A stretch of DNA of 64,000 bases from a virus. The translations under genes and the position numbers were made by a program. The notes beneath the pieces are model-generated. The model worked only from the letters and a program-made list of their open reading frames with translations, searched no databases and was not told the origin of the DNA. The stretch spans positions 64,001 through 128,000 of IMG/VR virus record IMGVR_UViG_3300032309_001546; one strand, 5' to 3'. Positions 8,522-19,180 of the stretch are shown in pieces; position 1 is the first letter of the stretch, and each line of letters begins with the position of its first letter.

Positions 8522-10789
8522 TTAAAGATTAGCGATATAGTAGTCAAATACGTCTAGAATTTCAGTAGACTGTACTGTAATATCAGGACGACCTTGAGTA
8601 ATGATATTCTTAGGAAATCCTAGAAGGAATGACTGATTAGCATAATCAGCAATTAACTCAGATCTATAGCCAGAAAGACTATGAATATACTTTACTCGAT
8701 AGTCTGTCTCGTTCTTGATTAGAATTTCCATATACTTAACAGGATTGGCAAGAGCCTTAGCCTTAGCTTGAATAAACTTCTTCTTATACTCACCAAAAAT
8801 TGAGTTCATAAGCTTAGCATCGGCAACAGCTGGGATATCGGCACCACATTTGACATTTAAGTCATAGCCAATATTATTGCTCTGACCAAGGTAGTATCTT
8901 GTAAATGTATACTCGACGTAATGTCTCATAAACAATTGAAGATATCCAAGATTAATCTTTTCCTCTTGGGTAAGACTGTCTTCCCTGCTAGTAAGATCCA
9001 CATACATTGCAGTGTATGCTTCAAAGGTCTTATTCTTTACAATAGAAGTTGTAAAAGCATTAAAGTATTTAGGCATATGCTTTGTCTGCTCCTCAAAGTA
9101 AGCAGGAACAAGTTCGTTAATAGCATGTACAATCTCGTGCCACTTAGCCCTATCATCATAGGGCATTGCTGGATGAGCATCTTTCTCATTAAATCCACAA
9201 AATGTACGCCTATAATTATTTACGCCATACTGATAAGGAGTCGATGCATATCCATGTCTGGTTCTAGTGCGACTATTGACCAGACCAGTAAGAGTCTGAC
9301 CAACCTTCTTTTGAACCCACTTGTTAAGACTTGCGCCTGTAACATTAGAGTTGGCCACAAGATCCATAGCCATATCAAGGGCATAAGATTTGGGCTCTAC
9401 AGAATTTTGCCAAATAGATCCATGATAGCTTTGATCTGGGGCAAGTTCAGGCAAGTCAAAAGACTGAAGCATTTTACTTGCAGTCTTTCTAGTGTTTAAA
9501 TCCTCGCTTCGGAGCATACCATACAAAGAATCATATGTTGCAAGATTCAAAGTAGGATTACTTTGCTTTAGTTGAGCAACAAAAGCACTTTCACTAACAA
9601 CCGTGATATCAGGATTCTCAGAAAGAAATCCAAACAAACGGTCTAGTGAATCAAAATGAGTTTCCAGTGCAATATATCTATCAGTATTTACAACTTCATA
9701 GTGATCAGTATCTAGAAGATCAATCTCTAGCTTTGCAGGAATAACTTCAGAAGAAAATGATCCGCTATTAAGACCATAGCTATTGCCATAGTATTGTCCA
9801 GCATTTTTTCTTTCCCACCTGGCTTGCCACTCATTCCATTGAGCCAAAGGCATTTCAAGCTTAGGGCCATTCTTAAGATCTAAGATGTCTGCGTCAGACA
9901 TAAAAGACATATAAAGCATGGGAACATTATATATATGTGCAAATCCAGTAGTAGACTTTGGGATATCTAGTCCTCTGAGGATGCGATTTTGCCATCCCCA
10001 GTCAAAGGTAAAATGAGGAGAGCTCAGTACACGGCCTCTGCCTGGGATTTCCTCTATCTTCAAATCAGAGTAAGGACTGCTATAAGCAGGGCCAAGATAA
10101 CCATACTTAATAGTTTCAAGTATTCCTTCGTAAGGACTATGTTGATAATTGCCGCGACTAACAGCAGTGCTAGAATCCATTGAACGAGTACCAACAAGTA
10201 ACTTAACAATGTTATCCTTAATTGCTGATTGATTGTCTAGAAAATGCCGCTCAAGAGCATTCTTAATAGCATGTGGTGTTGCAATAACTGCCTTAATAGG
10301 AGCAGCCTTCATCATACCCTGAGGATACTTTACAATATGATTAAGACAACGTTCTTCATCGCTAGACAAAACATAATACTGTGTCTTGCTAGGAGCCTTT
10401 GCAACGCTACAATCATACTTTAAGGCAAAAGCTTTTTGCTCGTCATTGGAGTAATAGCCAGAGCCAAAAGCAATTGTAGAGTCATTAGGAATTGGCTTGG
10501 TTGAGATATCAACATACTGCATTCCAAGACGACGCACTGCTTCTTCCTGAGTAACAACAAGATCACAAGATGAGCCTTCGTTGTAAAAAGGAATAGGCAA
10601 TCTGGTACGACCACTATAATGATGCCGGGTACCCTGGTTGGGGATACAACAAACTGTATCCCACTCGGACACCAAAATGTTATCTAGATTATACTTAATA
10701 TTATTAAGAAGATAAGTACTAGAATCATTTGGTTTAGTTGCAACAATATCGAGAACAATAGACTTTAAATTAGACTTTCTCCCAATCAT
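8522..10789 (-). CDS. Large hypothetical protein with a possible BRCT-like segment
   Basis: 755-aa ORF directly after the AAA ATPase; segment IAFGSG...KAFALKYDCSVAKAPSKTQYYVL is weakly BRCT-like. Confidence 0.7.
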   Translation of the reverse strand: MIGRKSNLKSIVLDIVATKPNDSSTYLLNNIKYNLDNILVSEWDTVCCIPNQGTRHHYSGRTRLPIPFYNEGSSCDLVVTQEEAVRRLGMQYVDISTKPIPNDSTIAFGSGYYSNDEQKAFALKYDCSVAKAPSKTQYYVLSSDEERCLNHIVKYPQGMMKAAPIKAVIATPHAIKNALERHFLDNQSAIKDNIVKLLVGTRSMDSSTAVSRGNYQHSPYEGILETIKYGYLGPAYSSPYSDLKIEEIPGRGRVLSSPHFTFDWGWQNRILRGLDIPKSTTGFAHIYNVPMLYMSFMSDADILDLKNGPKLEMPLAQWNEWQARWERKNAGQYYGNSYGLNSGSFSSEVIPAKLEIDLLDTDHYEVVNTDRYIALETHFDSLDRLFGFLSENPDITVVSESAFVAQLKQSNPTLNLATYDSLYGMLRSEDLNTRKTASKMLQSFDLPELAPDQSYHGSIWQNSVEPKSYALDMAMDLVANSNVTGASLNKWVQKKVGQTLTGLVNSRTRTRHGYASTPYQYGVNNYRRTFCGFNEKDAHPAMPYDDRAKWHEIVHAINELVPAYFEEQTKHMPKYFNAFTTSIVKNKTFEAYTAMYVDLTSREDSLTQEEKINLGYLQLFMRHYVEYTFTRYYLGQSNNIGYDLNVKCGADIPAVADAKLMNSIFGEYKKKFIQAKAKALANPVKYMEILIKNETDYRVKYIHSLSGYRSELIADYANQSFLLGFPKNIITQGRPDITVQSTEILDVFDYYIANL

Positions 10790-10803
10790 TGTTATCCTTA
10801 CCC

Positions 10804-11997
10804 TTACGCCCCAAGGACGTAGCTAGAAAACTCTTGCTGCATTGCAAGACTTGCGAACTTATCATTATTGGCAATAAGAGACTGACAAATATGACGGGTC
10901 AGATCTTCCATAAAGATCTTTTCCTTCACAATATGCGTAAGCCGATCCTTGGTTCCCTTATCAACAGGCTTCTTAGAGTGAAGCTGATTAAGGAAGATTA
11001 CAAGTCGAGTTGCAAGGATGCTTGCAATAGCGGCCTTATAGGTGCCGTCAGTATTCGTAGCGCTGCGAATCTGATTGCCAAGGAAATCAATATCCTTGTG
11101 GTCGTAAGCAGCACGAATATCAGGAAGCTTATCCAACTCATCGTTAATGAAGTTGATAAAGAGGCTGGTAGTCTCAGGACCACAGCTGGCATCACCAACA
11201 AGTCGAATGAACTTAAGCTGCTTCTTGAAGTCCTTGAAGTCGCTAATCTGATTAAAGAAATGCACGATTGAACGCGGATTAATCTTCTCAGGAGACATAA
11301 TCTCAGGATGCTTAAGAACAAAGTTGATACAACGCTGGTCTAGGGCATTCTGCTCTGCCCAGGTAGCCCAGGTCTCTGCATCAAAGCCATACTGAATCGT
11401 AATGAAACGAGTCTTCATAGCATTGTCGATCTCCTGAACCATGTAATTATCATTAGCAGGGTTACTAGTCAGGATAATCGTCCAGCCCTTCGGGAGCTTG
11501 AAGCTAATATACTCCTGACGGTCAATAAGCTCCATGACAGCCTGCATGTAGCGGGGGTCTGCACGAGTGTAGTCGTCCAAGAGAAGGATACCGCCCTTGT
11601 CAGTGCGGCCCTGAATCCATGAGGGAACGGCATAGCCCATACGAGCCTGACCAGTCAACGGATTGCTGTCAAGATGGTCACCAGTCAAAACACCTAGGTG
11701 GTCACTGGTAATCCAAGTACCATTTTCACGCTCGTACTCCTTAACGGGGAAACCTACGATATCGCCAAGCTCTTCGCACTGTGCAAGATTAATCTTGACC
11801 ATGTGAAGATCATTGCGCTGAGCAACCTGAAGAACAGTAGAAGTCTTGCCAAGACCAGCATGGCCCTCGATGTTAACAGCCGTAGGCATCATGCCACGGT
11901 CCTGAAGATTCCTATTGGTACGAATTACATGCTCGAGAAACGTAACAATTTCACGAGAGTTGAGAACGAGACTATCATCAATCTTAATCTGAGACAT
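10804..11997 (-). CDS. MoxR-like AAA+ ATPase
   Basis: Walker A GHAGLGKT, Walker B ILLLDDYTRA, sensor TSNP, D.AMKTRF, NPRS. Confidence 0.9.
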   Translation of the reverse strand: MSQIKIDDSLVLNSREIVTFLEHVIRTNRNLQDRGMMPTAVNIEGHAGLGKTSTVLQVAQRNDLHMVKINLAQCEELGDIVGFPVKEYERENGTWITSDHLGVLTGDHLDSNPLTGQARMGYAVPSWIQGRTDKGGILLLDDYTRADPRYMQAVMELIDRQEYISFKLPKGWTIILTSNPANDNYMVQEIDNAMKTRFITIQYGFDAETWATWAEQNALDQRCINFVLKHPEIMSPEKINPRSIVHFFNQISDFKDFKKQLKFIRLVGDASCGPETTSLFINFINDELDKLPDIRAAYDHKDIDFLGNQIRSATNTDGTYKAAIASILATRLVIFLNQLHSKKPVDKGTKDRLTHIVKEKIFMEDLTRHICQSLIANNDKFASLAMQQEFSSYVLGA

Positions 11998-12082
11998 TTT
12001 ATTTATCCTTGGTTATAAGGTATTAGGATAAATACTAAAGAATACTTTAATCTTTTTTACTTTAATTAATAATCAAAAAGTT

Positions 12083-13462
12083 CTATAGAACTTCTTTCAT
12101 AATAACAACATCGCCAGGAAACTTTTGGTCTTTGTATTGCTCGCGCTCACCGCGAGTCATAACCCAAAGAATTGGCTTAGTTGTCTTAATAGACGGAGGA
12201 CTACATGCTCCGTCGCTGAAATAAACAAGACAAGTATACTTGCTCTTATTCCTATTCATATACTGAACAGGAGGATCAAAATCAGTACCACCACGGCCAT
12301 AGATTTTAACAGTACTCTTCTTAGAGTATTCTTCAACCTTAGCAATTGCAGCATCGCAATGAAGAAGCGTCATCTTTGCGCCAGTCTTAGAGATAAACTC
12401 TAGTTCTGCCATAAAGTTTGCCAACTCTTGATCGCTAACGCTCCCGCTAGTGTCAATTGCAATAAGCAACTTATGCTTAGGATTGAACTTGAGACCAGGC
12501 TGGCCAAGGAAACGAATAGATTCCTTACGCTTAGTCTTCTTTACAACTACACTAGTACTTGCAGCAATGAATCTCCTGAAGTAAGCTTTCCAGTTAGTAA
12601 CTGGATCCTTCTTTTCAAGAAGACGATCAATCTCTGAAAGTAGGTTACCAGGGATATAGCCGCGAGCAGTAGAACCAGACTGACGAATAGTCTCATGGTA
12701 AGCTCTACGGACCTGCTGACGACGAATCTCGTCTACAGCTTCCCAGTATCCAGTAGAATCTTCACCAGGCTCAAGGTCTGGCTTGTCCCACTGGCTATGG
12801 CTAGGATCGCCCTGGCCATACATATCCATTAGATTCTGATCTGCCTTGGATGGACCTTTGCCAGACTGACTCTCAGAGTCACCATCTTTATCTCCTGATG
12901 GACCAGGAGAAGATCCTTCTTGCCCATCCTGACCGCCATCAGGACTATCACCAGGATTCTTAGGGCCCTGATCTGGTCCATCACCAGGACAGGGATCTCC
13001 ATAGAATTCCTCAGGATACTCTCCCTTTAGATCTTCAATCTTCTGCTTTAGAAAATCATAGTAGAAGACAGTACCTGCCTTTTCAGGCAAGTTGTAATCT
13101 GGGAAGGTATCCATCTGGATACAACCTTCAGGAAGTTCTGATCTATCAATATACTGATTGATCTCAAGATCAGCAGCAATATTAAAGATCTTATGATCTG
13201 GGCAACGGTTACGATAGTAAGGACTCAAGTGGCCAAGTGAGATATGAAGAATCTCATGCTTTAGTACACCAACCTGATGCTCAGGGGGCATATCAAGATA
13301 CGCACCTTTTCTAAGCAACAACTTAAAGTTGTATCCTTCCATCGCAACTGCTGCAATAGGAATCGAATGATCGATCTCATACTTATTGACACCCAATAGA
13401 TACAATCCGAAGAAAGGATTGTCGTTCATCAATAGCCGAAACGGCTTAGTATATTGTTGCAT
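12083..13462 (-). CDS. Metallopeptidase-like plus VWA domain protein (DUF2201-type), MoxR partner
   Basis: HEILH (HExxH), NIAADLEINQ, G/D/S-rich linker, MIDAS DTSGS, GRGGTDF, YFSDG. Confidence 0.9.
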   Translation of the reverse strand: MQQYTKPFRLLMNDNPFFGLYLLGVNKYEIDHSIPIAAVAMEGYNFKLLLRKGAYLDMPPEHQVGVLKHEILHISLGHLSPYYRNRCPDHKIFNIAADLEINQYIDRSELPEGCIQMDTFPDYNLPEKAGTVFYYDFLKQKIEDLKGEYPEEFYGDPCPGDGPDQGPKNPGDSPDGGQDGQEGSSPGPSGDKDGDSESQSGKGPSKADQNLMDMYGQGDPSHSQWDKPDLEPGEDSTGYWEAVDEIRRQQVRRAYHETIRQSGSTARGYIPGNLLSEIDRLLEKKDPVTNWKAYFRRFIAASTSVVVKKTKRKESIRFLGQPGLKFNPKHKLLIAIDTSGSVSDQELANFMAELEFISKTGAKMTLLHCDAAIAKVEEYSKKSTVKIYGRGGTDFDPPVQYMNRNKSKYTCLVYFSDGACSPPSIKTTKPILWVMTRGEREQYKDQKFPGDVVIMKEVL

Positions 13463-13485
13463 TCTTACCTTATTTTATATTTAAC

Positions 13486-14151
13486 TTATCGGCGGAATCC
13501 TTTGAATACCGTCTCAAGTTCTCTCGTCAACTTTTCAATATCATTAATATCGCCATCAAACGAATAGCCTACACCAAAAGGTAGCTTATAGGATGTAACA
13601 CCCTTAAGTTTCTGATTACCCCAGATGTTCTTGTCAGTAATCTTGGAATCATCGCCATCGTAGTCTGAAGATCCCTTAGGCCAAACAGGAGGACGCACAG
13701 CAGGCTTATTAAGATCAGTCTTAGGCTTATCTCGACGAGCCCCTTCAAGGGTCCAAAAATACTTGTCAGCTGTCATAAACGCAGAAATAATCTTTGCTGT
13801 AAGCTCAGTGTACTGAGGAGTACGCTTCTCGTCGGCGGCCAGGGTAAGCTCTCTGCGGACTTCATGACAAGCAGTCTCAAGAAGAGCAATACCACTAGTA
13901 ATTAGCGCATGCTTACTGGCATCGCGAAAATTGAGAAGACGATCAGCCTTGGAGTCATAGATCAAAGACGGATCCTTCTCATAAACAAAGTGATATTCTG
14001 GGAATAGCGAAGAAAGCTCTCTTAGAACAGTGGCAAAATGCTGACCACTGACTGTCATGGGACGATCAGTGTTAGGCAATTGCACAATGTAGCAGCCCTT
14101 AGTAGGCGCATCAAAAATGACAATCTGGGGACGAGTAGTATTAACTTCCAT
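13486..14151 (-). CDS. Hypothetical protein
   Basis: Long ORF; likely start MEVNTT, preceded by GAAGGAG. Confidence 0.7.
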   Translation of the reverse strand: MEVNTTRPQIVIFDAPTKGCYIVQLPNTDRPMTVSGQHFATVLRELSSLFPEYHFVYEKDPSLIYDSKADRLLNFRDASKHALITSGIALLETACHEVRRELTLAADEKRTPQYTELTAKIISAFMTADKYFWTLEGARRDKPKTDLNKPAVRPPVWPKGSSDYDGDDSKITDKNIWGNQKLKGVTSYKLPFGVGYSFDGDINDIEKLTRELETVFKGFRR

Positions 14152-14260
14152 TTTATTCTCCTTCAAAAACAAGTAGTTACAAGAACAACAACAGGAAATA
14201 AACAAAATGTTCCTGCGTTATTTGAATATTTAGACACAATTATATTTGTGTCAAGTAATT

Positions 14261-14641
14261 TTATCCAAGCATTTTAACTGCGTCTTCAGTTTGACTAGCA
14301 GTAAACGTTTGAGTCTTAGCTGACTGATTCTGCAGACTAGGACAAATAATGTCTTCAACATGCACAATATGATTATAGGTTACACGGATAGGTTCAGTCT
14401 GTCCCTTTGGAACAAACGGCTTAGTAACATATGGTTCTCCTAGTCTGCAATTGTGCAATCCAATTACACTACCAGGAGGAACTCCCATAAGTTTATCAGT
14501 TAAAGTGCCCTTTTGAAGTCTAACCATAAAAGTTGTATACTTTTTATTTGCTTCTGAACTCGTTACTTTAATATACAAATAGTCAGAGCTATCTGCATTA
14601 TAATTACCAAGAACACCAGAAACATACATTGAATGGGACAT
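14261..14641 (-). CDS. Possible OB-fold/SSB-like protein
   Basis: Beta-rich pattern (VSGVLG...LYIKV...FMVRL...GSVIGL..CRL) resembling SSB strand order; weak. Confidence 0.45.
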   Translation of the reverse strand: MSHSMYVSGVLGNYNADSSDYLYIKVTSSEANKKYTTFMVRLQKGTLTDKLMGVPPGSVIGLHNCRLGEPYVTKPFVPKGQTEPIRVTYNHIVHVEDIICPSLQNQSAKTQTFTASQTEDAVKMLG

Positions 14642-14856
14642 TAATCCTCTATTGGTTTAACGTAAATTGTAGCTGCAGTATCTTTATCAAAAAGATAAAC
14701 TACATTATTAATACGAATTCTAATACCAAGAGCATTGTTAGCAATCAGATAAAAAACTTTATCTAAGGTAAATCCTAATTCTACTAAACGAGAAGACCAT
14801 GGTTGAATGGTAGCTATCTTATAGTTGCCAGGCTTACAAAGACTTATTTTAATCAT
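14641..14856 (-). CDS. FeoA-like SH3 domain protein
   Basis: 71 aa with RLVELGF...IRIRINN..YLFDKDTAATIYV, matching the FeoA pattern RL..LG....I.I......L....A..I.V. Confidence 0.65.
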   Translation of the reverse strand: MIKISLCKPGNYKIATIQPWSSRLVELGFTLDKVFYLIANNALGIRIRINNVVYLFDKDTAATIYVKPIED

Positions 14857-15119
14857 TAGATGGGATTGTCTCTATTTAGCCATGATGACTTGAAATTATC
14901 AATACCAACAGCTAAATCAACTTCAAATGCAGTAATAGTAGAGGTTCCAGATTCTCCGCTAACACACCAGACCATAGACCCATCAGATGTTTCGGCCTCA
15001 TAAATACTGACAGAGCCAACAGTGCCGGCTAAGCTTGCTGTGTTTCCAACAACAGTATCAGGTGATACCTCAAAACACCAAGTATAAAGTTCAACGAGTA
15101 TTGATTCAGAGTATTCCAT
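14856..15119 (-). CDS. Hypothetical protein
   Basis: ORF abutting the FeoA-like gene; likely start MEYSES after AAGGA. Confidence 0.6.
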   Translation of the reverse strand: MEYSESILVELYTWCFEVSPDTVVGNTASLAGTVGSVSIYEAETSDGSMVWCVSGESGTSTITAFEVDLAVGIDNFKSSWLNRDNPI

Positions 15120-15197
15120 GATAATCCTTATATTGTTCATTAGATATATTAATATTTTAACGCAATAAGAAAGGCCGGCGCAGCCGGCCATGCTTAC

Positions 15198-15476
15198 TTA
15201 ATTTTCTGTTCCATCGATTGCATACTCAATCTTAAATTGATGAATAGCCTTAAGAAGTGAAACAAATGCATTCAGAATGCAAAGACAAGAAGTGTCGTTA
15301 ACTTGCTCTGCCATCTGATTAGACAAATACCACATTGTTGATAGTAGGTGTCCAGGAAGCTGGCCATTCAAGTCATGAATAATCATGTCATATAATTCGC
15401 TCTTGCTAATTTGATCAGTCTGTTGAAGTCTATAAACTTGAAAAATAAGATCTGAATTAATTGAGGGACCAGTCAT
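15198..15476 (-). CDS. Hypothetical protein
   Basis: 92-aa ORF with AAGGAG RBS. Confidence 0.7.
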   Translation of the reverse strand: MTGPSINSDLIFQVYRLQQTDQISKSELYDMIIHDLNGQLPGHLLSTMWYLSNQMAEQVNDTSCLCILNAFVSLLKAIHQFKIEYAIDGTEN

Positions 15477-15486
15477 TGTTAACTCC

Positions 15487-16191
15487 TTAGGCTAAAGCTT
15501 TTTCCATTTGGTTACCATGTGCAATAAATGCAATAATAGGTGCAGCTTTCTTGCTACCATTACAAAGCCTACACTGATTACAAGTAATACTGCTTTTGGT
15601 TTGCGCTGGACAGACAACTACTTTATTACCAGCTGGACTAGTAAATGCATGAGGACTATCTTCACCTACAATTGTTGTAGCTCTCCATCCCTGAGCAACT
15701 GCAAGATCTGCGTCATTAATTTTTTCGCAGCTTGCCATAAGAGAACCACGCCAATTCTTAGCTACTTTCTCTTCTCTCCAGTGATGGGTATACCCTACTA
15801 ATTCAAGTTTTGTTTTGCTAATAGTTTCTTTGATCTCAGATGCTTGCGTTGCTGAGCATCTTCCGATGTCACCAATGGCGGATACACGAACCATTCTAGC
15901 GGCCTTGTGTCTATTCTTAAGAGCGTAAGATAAGGTCTTATCAGCGCCTTTTGCATAGGCACGCCTAGTTGAACTAGATCCAATATTGACGCTACCACTC
16001 CACGCATAACAGCCGTTACCTCTGAGCTTACATCCATCGCAACTCTCCCATGCTTCTTGCTTAGTATAGCCAATATATAGAGTAGGAACATTGCCAGTCT
16101 TTACGTTAACAGCCTGAGCATTCCAAATAAGGTTAAAGTCTACTTCTTGTGAAGAGGACTGTAGTGATTCTAAAATATTATCGTAATTCAT
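15487..16191 (-). CDS. Conserved Cys-rich phage protein (possible metal/Fe-S binding)
   Basis: N.KTG, SCDGC....GCYA, R....GD, GYTHHW, MASCE, VCPAQ...TCNQCRLC, IAF.AHG. Confidence 0.7.
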   Translation of the reverse strand: MNYDNILESLQSSSQEVDFNLIWNAQAVNVKTGNVPTLYIGYTKQEAWESCDGCKLRGNGCYAWSGSVNIGSSSTRRAYAKGADKTLSYALKNRHKAARMVRVSAIGDIGRCSATQASEIKETISKTKLELVGYTHHWREEKVAKNWRGSLMASCEKINDADLAVAQGWRATTIVGEDSPHAFTSPAGNKVVVCPAQTKSSITCNQCRLCNGSKKAAPIIAFIAHGNQMEKALA

Positions 16192-16317
16192 ATAAATATC
16201 CTAATATGAATAATTAAAAATCAAATATCAAAGAATACATTGTAAACAAATACAGATAAACAAAAAGTCCCAAGTATTTCTACTTGGAACTTATTTATTA
16301 CTTACATTTGAATATTA

Positions 16318-16761
16318 CTATTCTAAAGTTTTCTTAGCTATTTTCTTTGGAGCATAGCTAACTTTATGTAAACCATTTTTAATACCAAAATCTTTACCAA
16401 AAGTAGAAACTGCCTGATAGACATACCAAGCTCTAATAGCCCACATTCCATCTTCTTTGCACATTTGCTGAAGAAGACGGTCTGCTTTGTCTCTATAAGA
16501 CAAAGGAAGATGCTTTTCTATAATAAGCTGATAAAGAACATCATGGACTAAAGATCCACGCATGAAATCCTTACTGTCAACAGCTGGACCTGAAGCTCCA
16601 TCCCATGCATAGCCATGACGAATTGTCAATGTGCCATCACCAAGAAATTCTATATATTCGGTTTTGATATTCAAGGGAGGAATTATATTTATTTTACAAG
16701 TATAATCCTCTTTTAATTGATATTTCCAACCATCTGTATATGTAATGTAACCTTCAGTCAT
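16318..16761 (-). CDS. DUF1353-family protein
   Basis: GYAWDGASGP...SLVHDVLYQ...R.KAD........DGM...RA..VY.AV..FG. Confidence 0.8.
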   Translation of the reverse strand: MTEGYITYTDGWKYQLKEDYTCKINIIPPLNIKTEYIEFLGDGTLTIRHGYAWDGASGPAVDSKDFMRGSLVHDVLYQLIIEKHLPLSYRDKADRLLQQMCKEDGMWAIRAWYVYQAVSTFGKDFGIKNGLHKVSYAPKKIAKKTLE

Positions 16762-16770
16762 GATATTCCT

Positions 16771-17415
16771 TTAAGTGTGAGTTACTGCAGCTAATGCCAT
16801 CTTGGTACCATGACCATCATACCAAGCTCTATTCATCTTACCAAAGGCAGCAACAGTTTCCTGCTGCTTAATTGGATCAGGTCCGGCCTTAAATAACCTC
16901 TTAGCGCCAGTTTCTGTACAGTGAGACTGTGAAGTTATAGTAAGAGCTTGAAGCTCACTAAAGCCTGCAGCAAGACATGCCAGATAAATCTGGCGATATC
17001 TAGCCAAAGTTAAAGTGATCTCTTGAGTTGAAGTCATACTCCAAGGCTTTGAATCCTTAGGAATAGTAGCTTCTGTCTCAGGCTTATAGCCAGGTACCCA
17101 GTTAAGCCTTCGTCTAAGATCCTGATAAGCAGGGTTATTAAATTGATAACAACCCCAAGCAGTAACCATTGCCTTACCATTCCTTTGTTCCTTAGGAAGG
17201 AAATTAAAGGTATTAGCAGGTAAAGAAAGAGTAGCTGAACTCTCGTGCTTGGCAAGTAGAATTGCCCATCTCTGGAATTCCACAGAATCATTTGCAGTTA
17301 CAGATTGAATTAACTCAATCGCATCTCCCATTTCAACTACTGTCTTAGCAGTAGCTGGCATACCAGGAGGAACTTTATTCTTCCAATACCTACCGTAGTA
17401 AGGTAAGGTGTCCAT
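16771..17415 (-). CDS. Lysozyme-like/lytic transglycosylase-like protein
   Basis: Catalytic-Glu-like AKHESS followed by AWGCYQF (GxxQ motif). Confidence 0.55.
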   Translation of the reverse strand: MDTLPYYGRYWKNKVPPGMPATAKTVVEMGDAIELIQSVTANDSVEFQRWAILLAKHESSATLSLPANTFNFLPKEQRNGKAMVTAWGCYQFNNPAYQDLRRRLNWVPGYKPETEATIPKDSKPWSMTSTQEITLTLARYRQIYLACLAAGFSELQALTITSQSHCTETGAKRLFKAGPDPIKQQETVAAFGKMNRAWYDGHGTKMALAAVTHT

Positions 17416-17846
17416 TACTGAGCATCAACCTCAGCAGCAGTGGCTGCATCAGCAGGATGAGCAGGATGTGTATCGAAAGGCACACCTAGAACAGCCTCAG
17501 CCGCCACGGTCTTGGCATCATAAGGAAGTGCTCTAGGAGCAGCCTCAGTAGCTGCACTGCCACTAGCAGCAGGTGCAGGGGTAGCTGCACTACCCGATCC
17601 AGAGCCAACACCTGAACCAGCTGGAGCCTCAACGGCAGCAGGAGCAGTAGTAGCACGACCAGTCACAAAACCGACAACACCACCTAGAAGGGGAAGCACC
17701 AACGCTAGAACTGCAGCAGCTACACGAGAAAGGAACCAGCCACTCTGCTTAACTACCGCAGGAGCCGCAGCAGCAAGGGCTGCCTCAGCCATAACCTTCA
17801 TACCATCACCAGTAATCTTTGAAAGATCAGTACCATCAACACTCAT
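17415..17846 (-). CDS. Ala-rich membrane protein
   Basis: One hydrophobic segment (VAAAVLALVLPLLGGVVGFV) and a low-complexity A/G/S/P tail; likely start MSVDG. Confidence 0.7.
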   Translation of the reverse strand: MSVDGTDLSKITGDGMKVMAEAALAAAAPAVVKQSGWFLSRVAAAVLALVLPLLGGVVGFVTGRATTAPAAVEAPAGSGVGSGSGSAATPAPAASGSAATEAAPRALPYDAKTVAAEAVLGVPFDTHPAHPADAATAAEVDAQ

Positions 17847-19112
17847 AATTATCTCCTTTGTCAAAATTAGAGGCCTGAGCCACCTCTGTTAAAATTGTTA
17901 TAATCTCAGCGTAAACAGTATAAGCATCGCAGTCATCTAGATTGTAACCTTTAGCTACAAATCTAGCATTAAGCATTTGCGCAATTGAACTAATTGCTTG
18001 AATATCTGGATAGAAGCCAGCGCCTCTGCTCATAAGCAAAGCGAATTGACCTTCTGTCGTGTTAATATCAAATCCAGTATTAAGATTATCCATTAGATCT
18101 CCTAGATAGATTCATGGCTCTTAAGTTTAAACTTAAGGTCTTTGCTTTCTGGTTGAGGAACATCACTAGCAATACTATGAAATTTTTCCAATGCAAGAGC
18201 AAACGAAGTTACAGGATGTAAACTATAAGCTGTGCCAAGTAAAGTGCCACGGTCATCTGCATGCATAAAGCATGTAGCCCATCTACCTTCACTATTTAAC
18301 CACATCTCAAATCTAAATCTGCCAAATCTACAATACCAAACACCATCTTTAGCTTTATCAAAAAGTATTTTATATGTAGCTTCTAGATGTTGTCGATAAG
18401 TAAGAAATTCTTGATCTGCTTTATTTATATTTAATATTGTCATAGTATCACTTGTTATAAAATATTATGTATTATGGCTTTCAACTAGTAAGTCTTGTTC
18501 TTCAACAATTAGAACAGTCTTAAAGACTTTAGTTTCTCCATAAATGGGAATCAAAGATTTACGCATTGCAAAAACAAGAGGCTTAGACTCAGAAGCATTC
18601 ATGTAATAGACTGGCTGAAAATTTTTATCTAAAAAAACATATATTTCATAGGTCTTAAGCCAACCAGCAGGAGTCTCTCCATGCTCATAAATTGCCTTCG
18701 TCATTAGTTATCCTCTCTCTGCATACTTAGCAGATGTTGAATATCTTCACGGATATCTTCAACTTTTGTAATTAGCTCCTCAACTTGTCTTTCAAGCTGA
18801 GTAATCTTAAATTCTAGATCGTATTCATCAGGCATTGTCGTCTTCCTCCTCCTCCTCAAGGTCTGCAAAGTCTTCCAGGACAAGAACAGGCTTGCTAAGA
18901 GCATCTCGCATCTGATTAAGCGTTTTCTGTAGTTCATCAAAAGACTCTGCACTTACAAAAGGCTCACAGTAAGTAGAAACAAGTCCATTTCTATACTGAA
19001 CTTCTACGATGCGAAAATCCTCATAAACAGATCCCTCAATCTCACTAGTAGTCTTAAGGACTCTATGATTCCATGTAAAGCTATAGTCAAGGTCGTATTG
19101 ATAATCACTCAT
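17836..19112 (-). CDS. Run of small hypothetical genes (17836..18093, 18102..18443, 18465..18704, about 18704..18835, 18828..19112)
   Basis: Abutting or overlapping stop-start junctions on the minus strand; no recognisable motifs. Confidence 0.65.
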
Positions 19113-19180
19113 CCCAATTCCTGTAAAGTAGTATTGCTGTATACGTAAATAAAGTAATCATAAATAGACAGAGTAAAACA

